Below, in pieces: positions 1-9,440 of a DNA stretch of 15,244 nucleotides. The stretch's first letter is position 1, and every line of letters starts with the position of its first letter. Made by a program: the position numbers and the translations under genes. The stretch spans positions 43,700 through 58,943 of the forward strand of contig JAQGDQ010001156.1 in the NCBI GenBank assembly GCA_030141605.1, read 5' to 3'. The notes beneath the pieces are model-generated. The model was not told where the DNA came from, ran no database searches, and saw nothing but the letters and a program-made list of their open reading frames with translations. This DNA comes from Tubiluchus corallicola (lineage: Eukaryota; Animalia; Priapulida).

Positions 1-34
1 TGCTGCTGCTGCTGTTCTGCTGTTGCTGCTGCTG

Positions 35-119
<85 letters not shown>

Positions 120-283
120 CACTACTACCACTACTACCACTACTACCACTACTACCACTACTACCACTACCACTACTACCACTACTACCACTACTACCAC
201 TACTACCGCTACCACTATCACTACCACTACCACAACCATTACCACTACTACTATTATTGCTATCGCCAACGCCACCGCCACGA
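1..283. repeat. Compound trinucleotide microsatellite (CTG)n > (CTA)n > (CTACTACCA)n, degenerating to CCA/CCG
   Basis: Read directly: CTG units ~1-36, pure CTA ~35-118, CTA/CCA mixture to ~250, decaying to ~283. This explains the poly-Leu/Pro ORF 23..301. Confidence 0.97.
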
Positions 284-325
284 TCACGTAGTTTTGTATA
301 AATAAAAATGTTGGAGCGAGCTTTG

Positions 326-452
326 AATCCGGATTTTGAGCGCTCTGTTCAACTGCGCATGCAAACGGCTTCAAGAGATTAAGTACAGATCAGCCAGGAG
401 CATGCGCAGATCACGAAAAAATCCTAGATTAAGCGGCGTGTGAGCAGCTTTA
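326..452. repeat. Imperfect inverted repeat, possible MITE fragment
   Basis: CTGCGCATGC (353-362) is the reverse complement of GCATGCGCAG (400-409). Outer arms AATCCGGATTTT / AAAATCCTAGATT are imperfect. Ends in GTGTGAGCAGCTTTAA. No clear second terminus or TSD. Confidence 0.35.
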
Positions 453-709
453 AGCACGCGGCACGCAAACGTTCAGATAATTAAAGTGTAAATCATCCCA
501 CGAACAAGTGCTGAATAAATGTGAATTATCTGATTTTGAAATGTGCGAGTGGTGTCGTCACTGCGATTTGTTAAAAGTCTTCCTAGTGGCTTCTCACGTA
601 CTTGCTGCAGTGCAGGTTAACGGGTAGGCTTCTTCTCAATTATTTAATCAATTGGATAGCTGCGAGCGATAGAAATGATCTATATTATTTGATGAAATTA
701 ATGACGTTA

Positions 710-733
<24 letters not shown>
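710..733. repeat. (TA)n microsatellite, probable tail of the adjacent minus-strand LINE
   Basis: Direct read; lies just past a minus-strand AATAAA (TTTATT at 761-766). Confidence 0.9.
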
Positions 734-740
<7 letters not shown>

Positions 741-1290
741 ATATACATTATATAATAATCTTTATTTGCCATTAAAATACATTGATAATCACTGATAAAA
801 ACTTTACAGAGATGATCAATCAGTGTTAGTTAATAAAAACTTACACTGCTAAAGGCAAATGCGTCAGTGCAATCTAAACTACTGTGCAGTAATGGAAAGT
901 AACGACGAATAAAATCAAACATATTTACAACTATGCACAAAAATAAAAACCATGATTTAATTAATATGGCCGTGGGTATATGAATTCTGAATTAGTGTGT
1001 ATGTTATCGTACTGGTGTGATGGTATTTCATATCTGGTTAATATTAGTGATTTTAATTTTGTTTTAAATGCTGATAGGGACTTGATTTGTTTAACCTGTA
1101 ATGGTAGAGAAGGTTGTTTGATTACAGAGTTCGTTCCATAGTAGGTATTTGTCCTAATTTGTTTTAGATTGCTTGTTCTGGTATTAATGATAGGATTTGG
1201 AAAATAGGTAAATCTGTTATTCTGGAATGGTTTGCTAGTGATTTCTAGATAATAAAGTTACTTGGGATAACATGTTAACTGTCCTAGTTC
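734..1290 (-). mobile_element. 5'-truncated LINE (CR1/L2/Crack group): ORF2 C-terminus, 3' UTR and tail
   Basis: Minus-strand stop-to-stop frame 1257->961 (not in the ORF track) reads LYYLEITSKPFQNNRFTYFPNPIINTRTSNLKQIRTNTYYGTNSVIKQPSLPLQVKQIKSLSAFKTKLKSLILTRYE...*. This fits the typical NTR...RT.YG...LP..IK...SLS.FK.KLK C-terminus of CR1-group ORF2. It is followed by a T-rich UTR, AATAAA and a (TA)n tail. Confidence 0.7.
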
Positions 1291-1348
1291 ATCGGCAGAG
1301 AATAAGAAGCGTCATAAACAACAGTCTTTGCTTGAGCCTGATTATAAA

Positions 1349-1433
1349 CCGGGTGGCCTTGCTCAATGGCAGCGTGCCCGCTTCCCACCCAGGAGGTCGT
1401 GGGTTCAAACCCCGGCCGAGTAATACCAAAGAC
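1349..1433 (+). mobile_element. tRNA-derived SINE head, truncated at the TTAA where the DNA element begins
   Basis: A-box-like TTGCTCAATGG and B box GGTTCAAACCC (1402-1412), then GGCCGAGTAATACCAAAGAC. This matches the post-head sequence of the full SINE at 12623-12868 (GGCCGAGTCATACCAAAGAG). Confidence 0.8.
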
Positions 1434-2245
1434 TTAAAGCAAAACCGGAACCAATCTTAAACGATATGTCAAAACAATCTACTCTTTAAAATGTTGAAAT
1501 GAAATATATTATTTTTGAAAAAATGACAGATAGATTACTGGTGCTTTGGAGTATTGTTGATATTCTTTTCTGCAAGGTAGAATTCGAACATGTAATTCGA
1601 CTTCGACTGTTGTGGTTATTAGAATAAGAGCTGATATTATTTATAAAGTAATCTCCAATCGGGACCCAAAACAGGACCCAATAATATTGAAAGAAAACAT
1701 ACTATTTTTACAAAAATTACTTACGTGGAAGAATTATTACCACACAAACACAATTTCGCGTTCGCATCACTAGTTCTTTGCGGTTCCTGCATTTCGCCAG
1801 TTAGATGGACACTGGCGCCTGCATTTCGAAAACGCTTTGCTCCACAAACAGGTGCCGTACCTCACAATTCAGATGTGTTAGTTTGTGACGAACTACACAT
1901 GTCTGACAGCTAATGTGTGAACGCAACGGTGAATTTGAAATTTGAATTTTTATCTTAAAACTTGCCTAGTTTTAGCACAACACACTGAATATCTTACAGT
2001 AGCACTGTACTTCAATTTTCGCTTTCGCAAACACGTGCAACACGCTCGTGGAATATTTTTGCTGTTGACAATTATGTTAGTTTGTGACGTCATCAATAGT
2101 TGGGCTCGCCAGCCGTTAATTAAGATTTTAATCTCTTATTTAATTATGAGAAACGCTTTTGCAGTATTATTTGTGTTAAAATGTATACTTTTTATCGGAC
2201 TTGAAAATGGGGTAGTATGTGAAAAATCATCCTGGCTTCCTTTAA
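1434..2245 (+). mobile_element. Non-autonomous Kolobok-like DNA transposon (MITE), copy 1, with an internal insertion
   Basis: Starts TTAA-AGCAAAACCGGA (1434) and ends TCCTGGCTTCCT-TTAA (2245), i.e. imperfect TIRs. The body aligns by eye with copies at 3648, 5202 and 14474 (-). A TTAA target with AG...CT termini fits Kolobok rather than piggyBac (CC...GG). Confidence 0.75.
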
Positions 2246-2618
2246 ACATATGCTTACTGTGGCGTATTTTATGCCTTATACTACAATGACGAATTTCAAT
2301 TTACAAATCTTCGCACGTTCTATACCATAAAGTCAAACTATAAACGTACCTCGCCTTTATTTTGTCTTATTAAAATTCTTGATTAATTCACTACATATGT
2401 GAGAAACTACTACTTCATGATGCCCAAAGTCAAAAAATTCATGTTTGAGTAGCTTTATTACGTTTTATCTGTAAGAAAAATCATAACAAAATATAACAAA
2501 CTAATTTGAGCCAAAAAAGAAACAAAGAAATTAATAATAAAGTGAGACTGAATAATCAAAATAAACTTACATCATGGCTCTACTACTCTTGACAAATAAA
2601 TGGTTTAACTGAGGCAAG

Positions 2619-2720
2619 CAACAACAACAACAACAACAACAACAACTCTCTTAGCCAAGAACAGACTGCCAACAGACCAGGTAAACTAGCTCTGTCAGTA
2701 GAGCATGACAAGAAGAAGCC
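2619..2720 (-). mobile_element. Short retroposon 3' end: stem-loop plus (TTG)n tail
   Basis: (CAA)n at 2619-2646. Minus strand reads ACTGACAGAGCTAG-TTTAC-CTGGTCTGTTGGCAGT (2699-2665), an imperfect hairpin just before the tail, as in L2/CR1-group 3' ends. Confidence 0.5.
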
Positions 2721-2721
2721 A

Positions 2722-2756
<35 letters not shown>

Positions 2757-2920
2757 AAGATAAGTCTTTATTAGCCTCTTTTTGCACGCAAAAGTGCGTG
2801 CTAAAATCAAGGTTATTAATGCAGAAGCCAAGTCAAGACATACATACGAGTATAAACATAAGGACAGTATAGGGGGTTGGCAGAATGAGAGAACGCTGAA
2901 GTAATAAAATAACCTAAAAT
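2722..2920 (-). mobile_element. Retroposon 3' end: hairpin, AATAAA and (ATC)n tail
   Basis: (GAT)n at 2722-2756, TTTATT at 2767-2772, and a perfect 7-bp stem GCACGCA-AAAG-TGCGTGC (2784-2801) with weaker outer arms. The 5' boundary is uncertain. Confidence 0.55.
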
Positions 2921-2921
2921 C

Positions 2922-3053
2922 CTTCACAGACTATTATCATCTCTGCATCCGAGACTATTATCATCTTCACAGACTATTATCATCTCTGCATCCGAGACCA
3001 TTATCATCTTCACAGACTATTATCATCTTTACCTTATCATCTCTGCGTCCGAG
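2922..3053. repeat. 43-bp minisatellite (~3 units) built from alternating 19- and 24-bp subunits
   Basis: Unit CTTCACAGACTATTATCAT + CTCTGCATCCGAGACTATTATCAT starts at 2922, 2965 and 3008; the third unit is rearranged. Confidence 0.9.
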
Positions 3054-3209
3054 CTCAGCTCGTGTATAGGACAACTAATCAATGTTACACTTGCACTTAA
3101 GTATCAACAAAAACACGCCTATTCACTTGATTGCAAAAGCTTTTTTAAGAAACAAGAAAGTAATGTCTTCTGCCTAAGTTGTTCTGATGTTAAATTTATA
3201 TTTCAATTA

Positions 3210-3400
3210 GTTAGATGGAAAAAAGCAGACTTGTGTCGTGTGTATTTTTAGCGCGGAGGTTAACGATCCGCTATTCTCCAAAAATGTACCGCTTTGATTT
3301 AATTTAGTTAATATGTCTGTAGCTGCTTTAGGCTCTATGCCGATGATGCTACCTTGCTGATCCTACTAATTAGTGCAAGGAATATCTTGAAGCATAAAGA
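3210..3400 (+). pseudogene. Possible highly decayed LINE reverse-transcriptase relic (YADD)
   Basis: From 3312 the frame reads YVCSCFRLYADDATLLILLISARNI, with YADD at 3336-3347. Upstream LDGKKQTCVVCIF loosely resembles the LD.....C.IFLD motif. No PQG motif is visible. Confidence 0.35.
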
Positions 3401-3563
3401 ATGGTCAAGGAGCTCCTGGGACGTCAAGCAGCATCCGTTTCAGCGCCATGAGCTAACGAAATTACAGCCAAAAACCACGTTAAGCTCGAAGCAAAAGTCT
3501 TAAATTATTCCAAAGAATAAAGAGCGTCATGAACAACAGACTTTGCTTGAGCCTGACTATAAA

Positions 3564-3647
3564 CCGACTTGCTTGCTCAATGGTAGCGTGCTCGTTTCTC
3601 ACCCAGGAGGTCGTGGGTTCAAACCCCGGCCGGGTAATACCAAAGAC
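3564..3647 (+). mobile_element. tRNA-derived SINE head, second copy, truncated at the same TTAA
   Basis: TTGCTCAATGGTAGCG...GGTTCAAACCCCGGCCGGGTAATACCAAAGAC, homologous to 1349-1433. It also shares ~50 bp of upstream flank (3514-3563 vs 1299-1348). Confidence 0.8.
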
Positions 3648-4160
3648 TTAAAGCAAAACCGGAACCAATCTTGAAGGATATGTCAAAACAATCTACTCGT
3701 TAAAATATTGAAAGGAAACGTACTATTTTTTCAAAAATGATTTACGGGAAAGAATTATTACCACACAAACACAATTTCGCGTTCGCATCACTAGTTCTTC
3801 GCTGTTACATGCATTTCGTCGTTCGCTAGTTAGACGGGCACTAGCACTTGCATTTCGGAAAGCGTTGCACGAAAACAGGTGCTCTACCTCTCAGTTCAGA
3901 TGTGTTAGTTTGTGACGAACTGCACACGTTCGACAGCTCATACGTGAGCACAGCAGTAAATTTGAAATTTGAATTTTTATCTTAAAACTTGCCTAGTTTT
4001 AGTACAACGCACTGAATATCTTACAGTGGCTCTGTACTTCAATTTTCTCTTTCGCAAACACTTGCAACAAGCTCGTGGAATATTTTTGCTGTTGAAAATT
4101 ATATTAGTTTGTGATGTCTTCAGTACTTGGGCTCGTCTGCTGTTAATCTGTTATTTAATA
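3648..4160 (+). mobile_element. Kolobok-like MITE copy 2 (right end missing; homology fades just before the gap)
   Basis: TTAA-AGCAAAACCGGAACC start; colinear with copies 1 and 3 through ...GGGCTCGTCTGCTGTTAAT. Confidence 0.75.
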
Positions 4161-4195
4161 GGTAAGTTTTCAATCTATTATTTATATATGAGTGT

Positions 4196-5012
4196 NNNNN
4201 NNNNNNNNNNNNNNNNNNNNNNNNNNNNNNNNNNNNNNNNNNNNNNNNNNNNNNNNNNNNNNNNNNNNNNNNNNNNNNNNNNNNNNNNNNNNNNNNNNNN
4301 NNNNNNNNNNNNNNNNNNNNNNNNNNNNNNNNNNNNNNNNNNNNNNNNNNNNNNNNNNNNNNNNNNNNNNNNNNNNNNNNNNNNNNNNNNNNNNNNNNNN
4401 NNNNNNNNNNNNNNNNNNNNNNNNNNNNNNNNNNNNNNNNNNNNNNNNNNNNNNNNNNNNNNNNNNNNNNNNNNNNNNNNNNNNNNNNNNNNNNNNNNNN
4501 NNNNNNNNNNNNNNNNNNNNNNNNNNNNNNNNNNNNNNNNNNNNNNNNNNNNNNNNNNNNNNNNNNNNNNNNNNNNNNNNNNNNNNNNNNNNNNNNNNNN
4601 NNNNNNNNNNNNNNNNNNNNNNNNNNNNNNNNNNNNNNNNNNNNNNNNNNNNNNNNNNNNNNNNNNNNNNNNNNNNNNNNNNNNNNNNNNNNNNNNNNNN
4701 NNNNNNNNNNNNNNNNNNNNNNNNNNNNNNNNNNNNNNNNNNNNNNNNNNNNNNNNNNNNNNNNNNNNNNNNNNNNNNNNNNNNNNNNNNNNNNNNNNNN
4801 NNNNNNNNNNNNNNNNNNNNNNNNNNNNNNNNNNNNNNNNNNNNNNNNNNNNNNNNNNNNNNNNNNNNNNNNNNNNNNNNNNNNNNNNNNNNNNNNNNNN
4901 NNNNNNNNNNNNNNNNNNNNNNNNNNNNNNNNNNNNNNNNNNNNNNNNNNNNNNNNNNNNNNNNNNNNNNNNNNNNNNNNNNNNNNNNNNNNNNNNNNNN
5001 NNNNNNNNNNNN
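4196..5012. other. Assembly gap (817 N)
   Basis: Run of N. Confidence 1.
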
Positions 5013-5201
5013 TACTTGGTGAGAAAAATTCGCTAGTGTGAACGCGCTGTAACTGGTGAACCCTCCAAGCTACACAATGCTAGACATGTAACTAGATGTT
5101 TAAATATTTGGTGCTTCTTCAAATTGCTTGACTAAATAATGTAACACTGGCCTATCCTGTTCGCCCATACTTTACCTCCTTTGAAAACCACGACGAACTT
5201 C

Positions 5202-5820
5202 TTAAAGCAAAACTGGACCCAATCTTAAACTGTAGGCCAAAACAATCTACTCTTTGAAATATTGCAAGGAAACATATTATTTTTTCAAAAATAGCTTACG
5301 TCAAAGACAATTACCACGCAAATACAATTTCACGTTCGCGCCACTAGTTCTTAGCTGTTACATGCATTTCGCCATTCACTAGTTAGATGGGCTTCGGATT
5401 GCAAACACGACGGCACTTGCACAAAAACAGGTGCTGTACCTCTCAGTTCAATGGGGTTAGTTTGTGACGAACTACACACATTCATGCTCTAGCATAGCAA
5501 TAAATTTGAATTTTGAATTTTTATCTTAAAACTTGCCTAGTTTTAGTAAAACACACTGAATATCTTACAGTAGCACTGTGCTTGAGTTTTATCTTTCGCA
5601 AACACGTGCAACACGCTTGTGGAATATTTTTGTTGTTGAAAATTATGTTAGTTTGTGATGTCATCAATAGTTAGTCTCGCTCGCCGTTAATTAAAATTTT
5701 AATCTGCCATTTAATTATTAAAAACGGTTTTGCAGTATTAATTGTGTTTTAACAATGTATACTTTTTATCGGACTTGAAAATGGGGTAGTATATGAAAAA
5801 ATGACCCTGTCTTCCTTTAA
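5202..5820 (+). mobile_element. Kolobok-like MITE copy 3, complete (619 bp including both TTAA)
   Basis: TTAA-AGCAAAACTGGA ... CCCTGTCTTCCT-TTAA. Homology to the other copies stops at both TTAA and the flanks are unrelated to those of copy 1, which defines the element boundaries. Confidence 0.8.
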
Positions 5821-6380
5821 TGAATATCATTGCTAAGTTTTCTCGTGTTCTTCTACAATGATACTAAACAAATGCTTTAAATTGTGAATAATGGAAGGCA
5901 GCCAAAATACAGATGTTCTTTAGATATTAAAGAATACTCGAGAATCAAATACTCGAGGTGCTGCGGCTGTGTGCGTGACTTTGCTGCTGCTTTTTTTAAA
6001 TCAATCATTCATAATGGCTTGCTATTAAAATGTTCTGGAAAAACCCAAGCACTGATGAATGGTTTAACTTTTGCCCTCTCGATAAAATTGTTTGTTCCAC
6101 TTGACGTCATTTGACATCCGGGAAAGAGTTAAAGTTGAAAACGCGACTTGACCAATTCAGTAAGGAGCAGTAAATCTTTGAAACGGATTATGTACTGTCA
6201 ATCAGAGTCTATGCTTGAGCCACAGAATTCCAGTAGAATCGATTTCCATCGACTTGCAGTCTTCTGTTTGCAGTCATGTCATTTAGCATTTGAAACGGGC
6301 AGATAGAGCCACATTTTTCCCGCGGGAGCAGCAGGTTAATGGTATGACTCGAACTGACCAACGTCCAGTGTCCTTGATCC

Positions 6381-6880
6381 CAGCGGCGGCTCGTAGCTAA
6401 AATTAATGGGGGGGGGGCGCTGCTTCAGAAAAATTTTAGCCATTGTTGTAATACTGTGTAAAACGAAACAAACAAATTATGTAATTTTAATGTTGTAATT
6501 TTAAACAAACAAACAAACCTACGAAAGTCTATACATTAACCTGAGAAAATCCTAAACAAAAAAGTATTTTTTGCTTACTAGTAGCCTAAATTGTCACAGT
6601 TCAAGCTTGATCCGTTCACGACAAGCACGTGACAACTGACACAAACTGTGCGACAGACAGTACTTTCCCTACCTGGCAGCAGACGCTAGCAGTGCAATGT
6701 GCAGCGTGTTATCTCAGAAATGTGTGCATGGCGCATAAACATTGTACTGGGCTGTGAAGCAAACAGTACTACCCTCACTTGCTCTTGTTCCGTTCAAGTG
6801 TAAAGAAAGAACTAAAGAAAAAAGATTATTCTATTGAATACTACCGATAATATTGAGTGAAAGTAGGGGGTGCTGCAGTA
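6381..6880 (+). mobile_element. Possible truncated non-autonomous hAT-type element
   Basis: Begins CAGCGGCGGCTCGT followed by a G-run (GGGGGGGGGGCGCTGC). A similar GGGGGTGCTGC motif recurs near 6866-6876. This resembles CAGTGGCG-type hAT MITE ends, but the matching right TIR was not found. Confidence 0.4.
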
Positions 6881-7338
6881 AAGAGCTTACTATACCATCT
6901 CTACCCCAGGTGCTGACCTTACACGTTTCGTGACCCTAACTCTCTTTTAACTTGGAAATTGCGAGTTAACGTGAATTAAATGGGAAGGAATCCGTAACAA
7001 AACTCGAAGCTTCGGTGACTAACATTCAATACGTAGCATCGCTACTTCGGGATAAAAACAGCAAATTTAACTTACATACGGTGTCGTATACGTGCCAAAC
7101 AAAAACTGTGCTATTCAAGTATACATTTTTAAGGTTTCACCATTAGCGCATTTGCGTTATCTAATCCCCCACGGTTATAAATAACGAATCCTCTCTTTTG
7201 ACAATTATGTAGACGCTGAAGCCAGATAAATCTCTCAACTTCTACTCGTGAGTGTTTTTGTGATACCACAGGGACACAGCAGGTGTATCCCTCTAGAAAC
7301 TGAAATATAGAAAAGGCAGGTGGAAAGGATGGGAAAAG

Positions 7339-7450
7339 GTGATGATGATGATGACGACGATAATGATGTAAAGAAATTAAATTCCGCTTTATTCATATGG
7401 GCTTCACAATACAGTTCAGGCCTCTAACTAGGCCAATTTCCAGAGAAAGA
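7339..7450 (-). mobile_element. Possible retroposon 3' end with hairpin, AATAAA and (ATC)n tail
   Basis: Degenerate (GAT)n ~7339-7368, TTTATT at 7388-7393, GGCCT-CTAACT-AGGCC hairpin at 7419-7434. Confidence 0.35.
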
Positions 7451-7571
7451 TTTGTTTAGCTTAGTGTATATACGACTTCTTCCTGTACACAGTAAAGAAT
7501 ATTTAGTTCGCAAATTTCCATATCTAAAGACAATTTTCTTTCTACGTATCGGATCTAAAACTTCACATCAA

Positions 7572-7832
7572 ATGGTGGTAATTATCATGATTGTGACGAT
7601 GGTGACGATGTTAACGATGATGACGACGATGACGAGGACGATGAAGAGATGGCATTGATGATGACAACGACGACGATCATGTTGATGATTATGATCACTA
7701 TGTTGATGATGATGATGCGAAGACGACAATAATGATTGTGACGATAATGATGATCATAGCGATGGTGACAATGATAACGGCAATGAAATGATGACGATGT
7801 TGATGATAATGATAGAGATGATGATGACGATA
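7572..7832. repeat. Degenerate (GAT/GAC/AAT)n low-complexity tract
   Basis: Direct read; explains the poly-Ser/Ile/His ORFs 7452..7658 and 7585..7851. Confidence 0.9.
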
Positions 7833-7884
7833 GCCTTCCTGTTATTTCCATTGTCCTTTTTACTTTGGCCTTGTTGCTGCCAAA

Positions 7885-8726
7885 CTAAGGAAAACTGGAC
7901 GATTGTGTAGACATAAGTTCAAATTAAAGTATGCTGTAAAATACCGCGAATAATTTAAATTAGTTAAACTTTCGACGGCACGCAACGGCCTAGCGAATTT
8001 TAATAAATTTTTACTTTTCGAAAGATGCTTGCAAGCAGGTAATTTAGCCTCTGAGCCTAGTGTCACCAACATAATTGATTTCATGATTTTTTTATGAAAA
8101 CATTTGTTTTTTCAACTATTGTTTGAGTGTGATATGAAAAAATTAAATTATAAAAATTAAAAACTGGCAGTGGCGTCTTTTTGTCACACTTCCCACGAGG
8201 GTATCGTGATAAGCATGATCTTGAACTGCTGTGTTCGTCTGTGACGTCAGTGTGACGTAGAACCCATTTTCTTGACATCACATCAGGTTCTTCTAGCAAT
8301 CTTCACTTACGCAAACGTGATTGACGTGCAGGGAAGATGCTTACCATTGTCAAAACCGTGGTTAATTTGTGACGTAAGCGATAGCAGTGTTCGGTTGCCG
8401 TTAATTAACTTTCTAAGCCAATTATTCAACTGTAAGAAACAATTGCCAACTTTTATAGGCAAGAAAATTTATATTTTGAATACTAAATTAAAGTGAGATA
8501 CTCAACCTCACCTTTGCCTTTTGCCTCTGACCAATAAAAATTGTACCGCAGGTAAAGCGACAGGTTTGTGACAAATAATTGCGGCAATTTGTCGGTAATA
8601 ACACATGAAGAAAAATTACTTTCCAACATGAAATAGGTCGTAAGCGCATGTTGGAAGCGGAAAAGCAGCTTTCTAATAACAAATCGATAACGGAAACCCT
8701 GCAGTTTCCTTCCGTCCAAGTCTTAA
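7885..8726 (+). mobile_element. Possible second, older Kolobok-like element
   Basis: Left end TAAGGAAAACTGGACGAT resembles the TAAAGGAAGACTGGATGAT terminus at 14475. There is an internal cluster of TGACGT/TGACATCA motifs (8242-8375) and a candidate right end CAGTTTCCTTCCGTCCAAGTCTTAA. Boundaries are uncertain. Confidence 0.3.
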
Positions 8727-8864
8727 TTAACTTGAAGACTCAGGCCTATAAGTATTTACTAAGAATAGTCTAATTAATGCTGAATCGTGTTAGCGTGATA
8801 GTGCACTTGTCGTGCTTGTTATTACCAGGAGTTCCACGACAGTGATGCAACGATGGGACCTTTG

Positions 8865-9053
8865 TGGCAAGATTTGGTTTTTGTGGACCCTCAACACGAA
8901 AAGAAAAACTTAAAATATTAGTTTAGGTTTACGAGCAGTGCCGTAAAGCTGGCAAGATTTGATTTTTATGGACCCTCAACACGAAAAGAAAAACTTAAAA
9001 TATTAGTTAAGTTTACGAGCAGTGCTGTAAACCTGGCAAGATTTGATTTTTAT
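8865..9053. repeat. ~85-bp tandem repeat, two units plus a partial third
   Basis: TGGCAAGATTTG... recurs at 8865, 8950 and 9034. Confidence 0.92.
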
Positions 9054-9054
9054 G

Positions 9055-9440
9055 CAGTATATGTGCAGTTTGTAAGCAAGACTGCAGACTGAGGTGCGCC
9101 ACAAGGATCCAAGTTAGGACCACTGCTTTTTCTTATTTACATTAACGACCTACAATTTTTAATGATTTCATGATGCGTTTTTCTACTGATGACAAGTGTT
9201 TTCCTTATGTTCATCAATTTATTAATTTACATTAACGACCTACAATTTTTAATGGTTGCAAGACGAATTTTTCTACTGACGACAAGTTGTGTATTAAGAT
9301 GACAAGCCTCACGTTCATTAATTTTATAATATCGTACTAACGGCGAACTAACAAAGAATAGTATATGAACGAAAAATTTGAAGACAAAAATGTTATCAAT
9401 CAACTGCAAAAAATGAACAATAAAATTATTTTTCATTCAT
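9055..9440 (+). pseudogene. Degenerate LINE (CR1/L2/Crack group) reverse-transcriptase core fragment
   Basis: From 9060: YVQFVSKTAD*GAPQGSKLGPLLFLIYINDL (canonical GVPQGS.LGPLLFLIYINDL). After frameshifts: RFSTDD (decayed FADD) and NGELTKNSI*...KMLSINCKK (N.EL..I..W...NKLS.N..K). Contains stops, frameshifts and an internal duplication. Confidence 0.88.

Noticed and set aside
23-301. Poly-Leu/Pro ORF; likewise 2583..2927, 7585..7851, 10313..10651 and 10441..10662
   Set aside because: Microsatellite translations.
1349-1420. tRNA gene (Gly-like), also at 3564-3635 and 12800-12868 (-)
   Set aside because: A/B boxes are present, but the acceptor and anticodon stems pair poorly, there is no oligo-T terminator, and all three continue into the same ATACCAAAGA SINE body.
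1942-2289. Repeated ORF MNFYLKTCLVL... as a possible small gene family
   Set aside because: It lies inside the MITE, starts at TTG, has no recognisable domain, and its length and frame are not preserved across copies.
2922-3053. CRISPR-like repeat-spacer array
   Set aside because: The spacers are 4-9 bp and themselves repeated, the context is eukaryotic, and there are no cas genes.
3969-5036. 355-aa and 276-aa ORFs
   Set aside because: They are open only because they run through the N gap.
5202-5820. piggyBac assignment for the TTAA element
   Set aside because: Termini inside the TTAA are AG...CT, not CC...GG.
5884-8719. Short ORFs of 64-88 aa (5884, 7860, 8081, 8272, 8483, 8488)
   Set aside because: No recognisable domains or consistent exon structure, and the lengths are compatible with chance. 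Small host exons cannot be excluded without RNA data.
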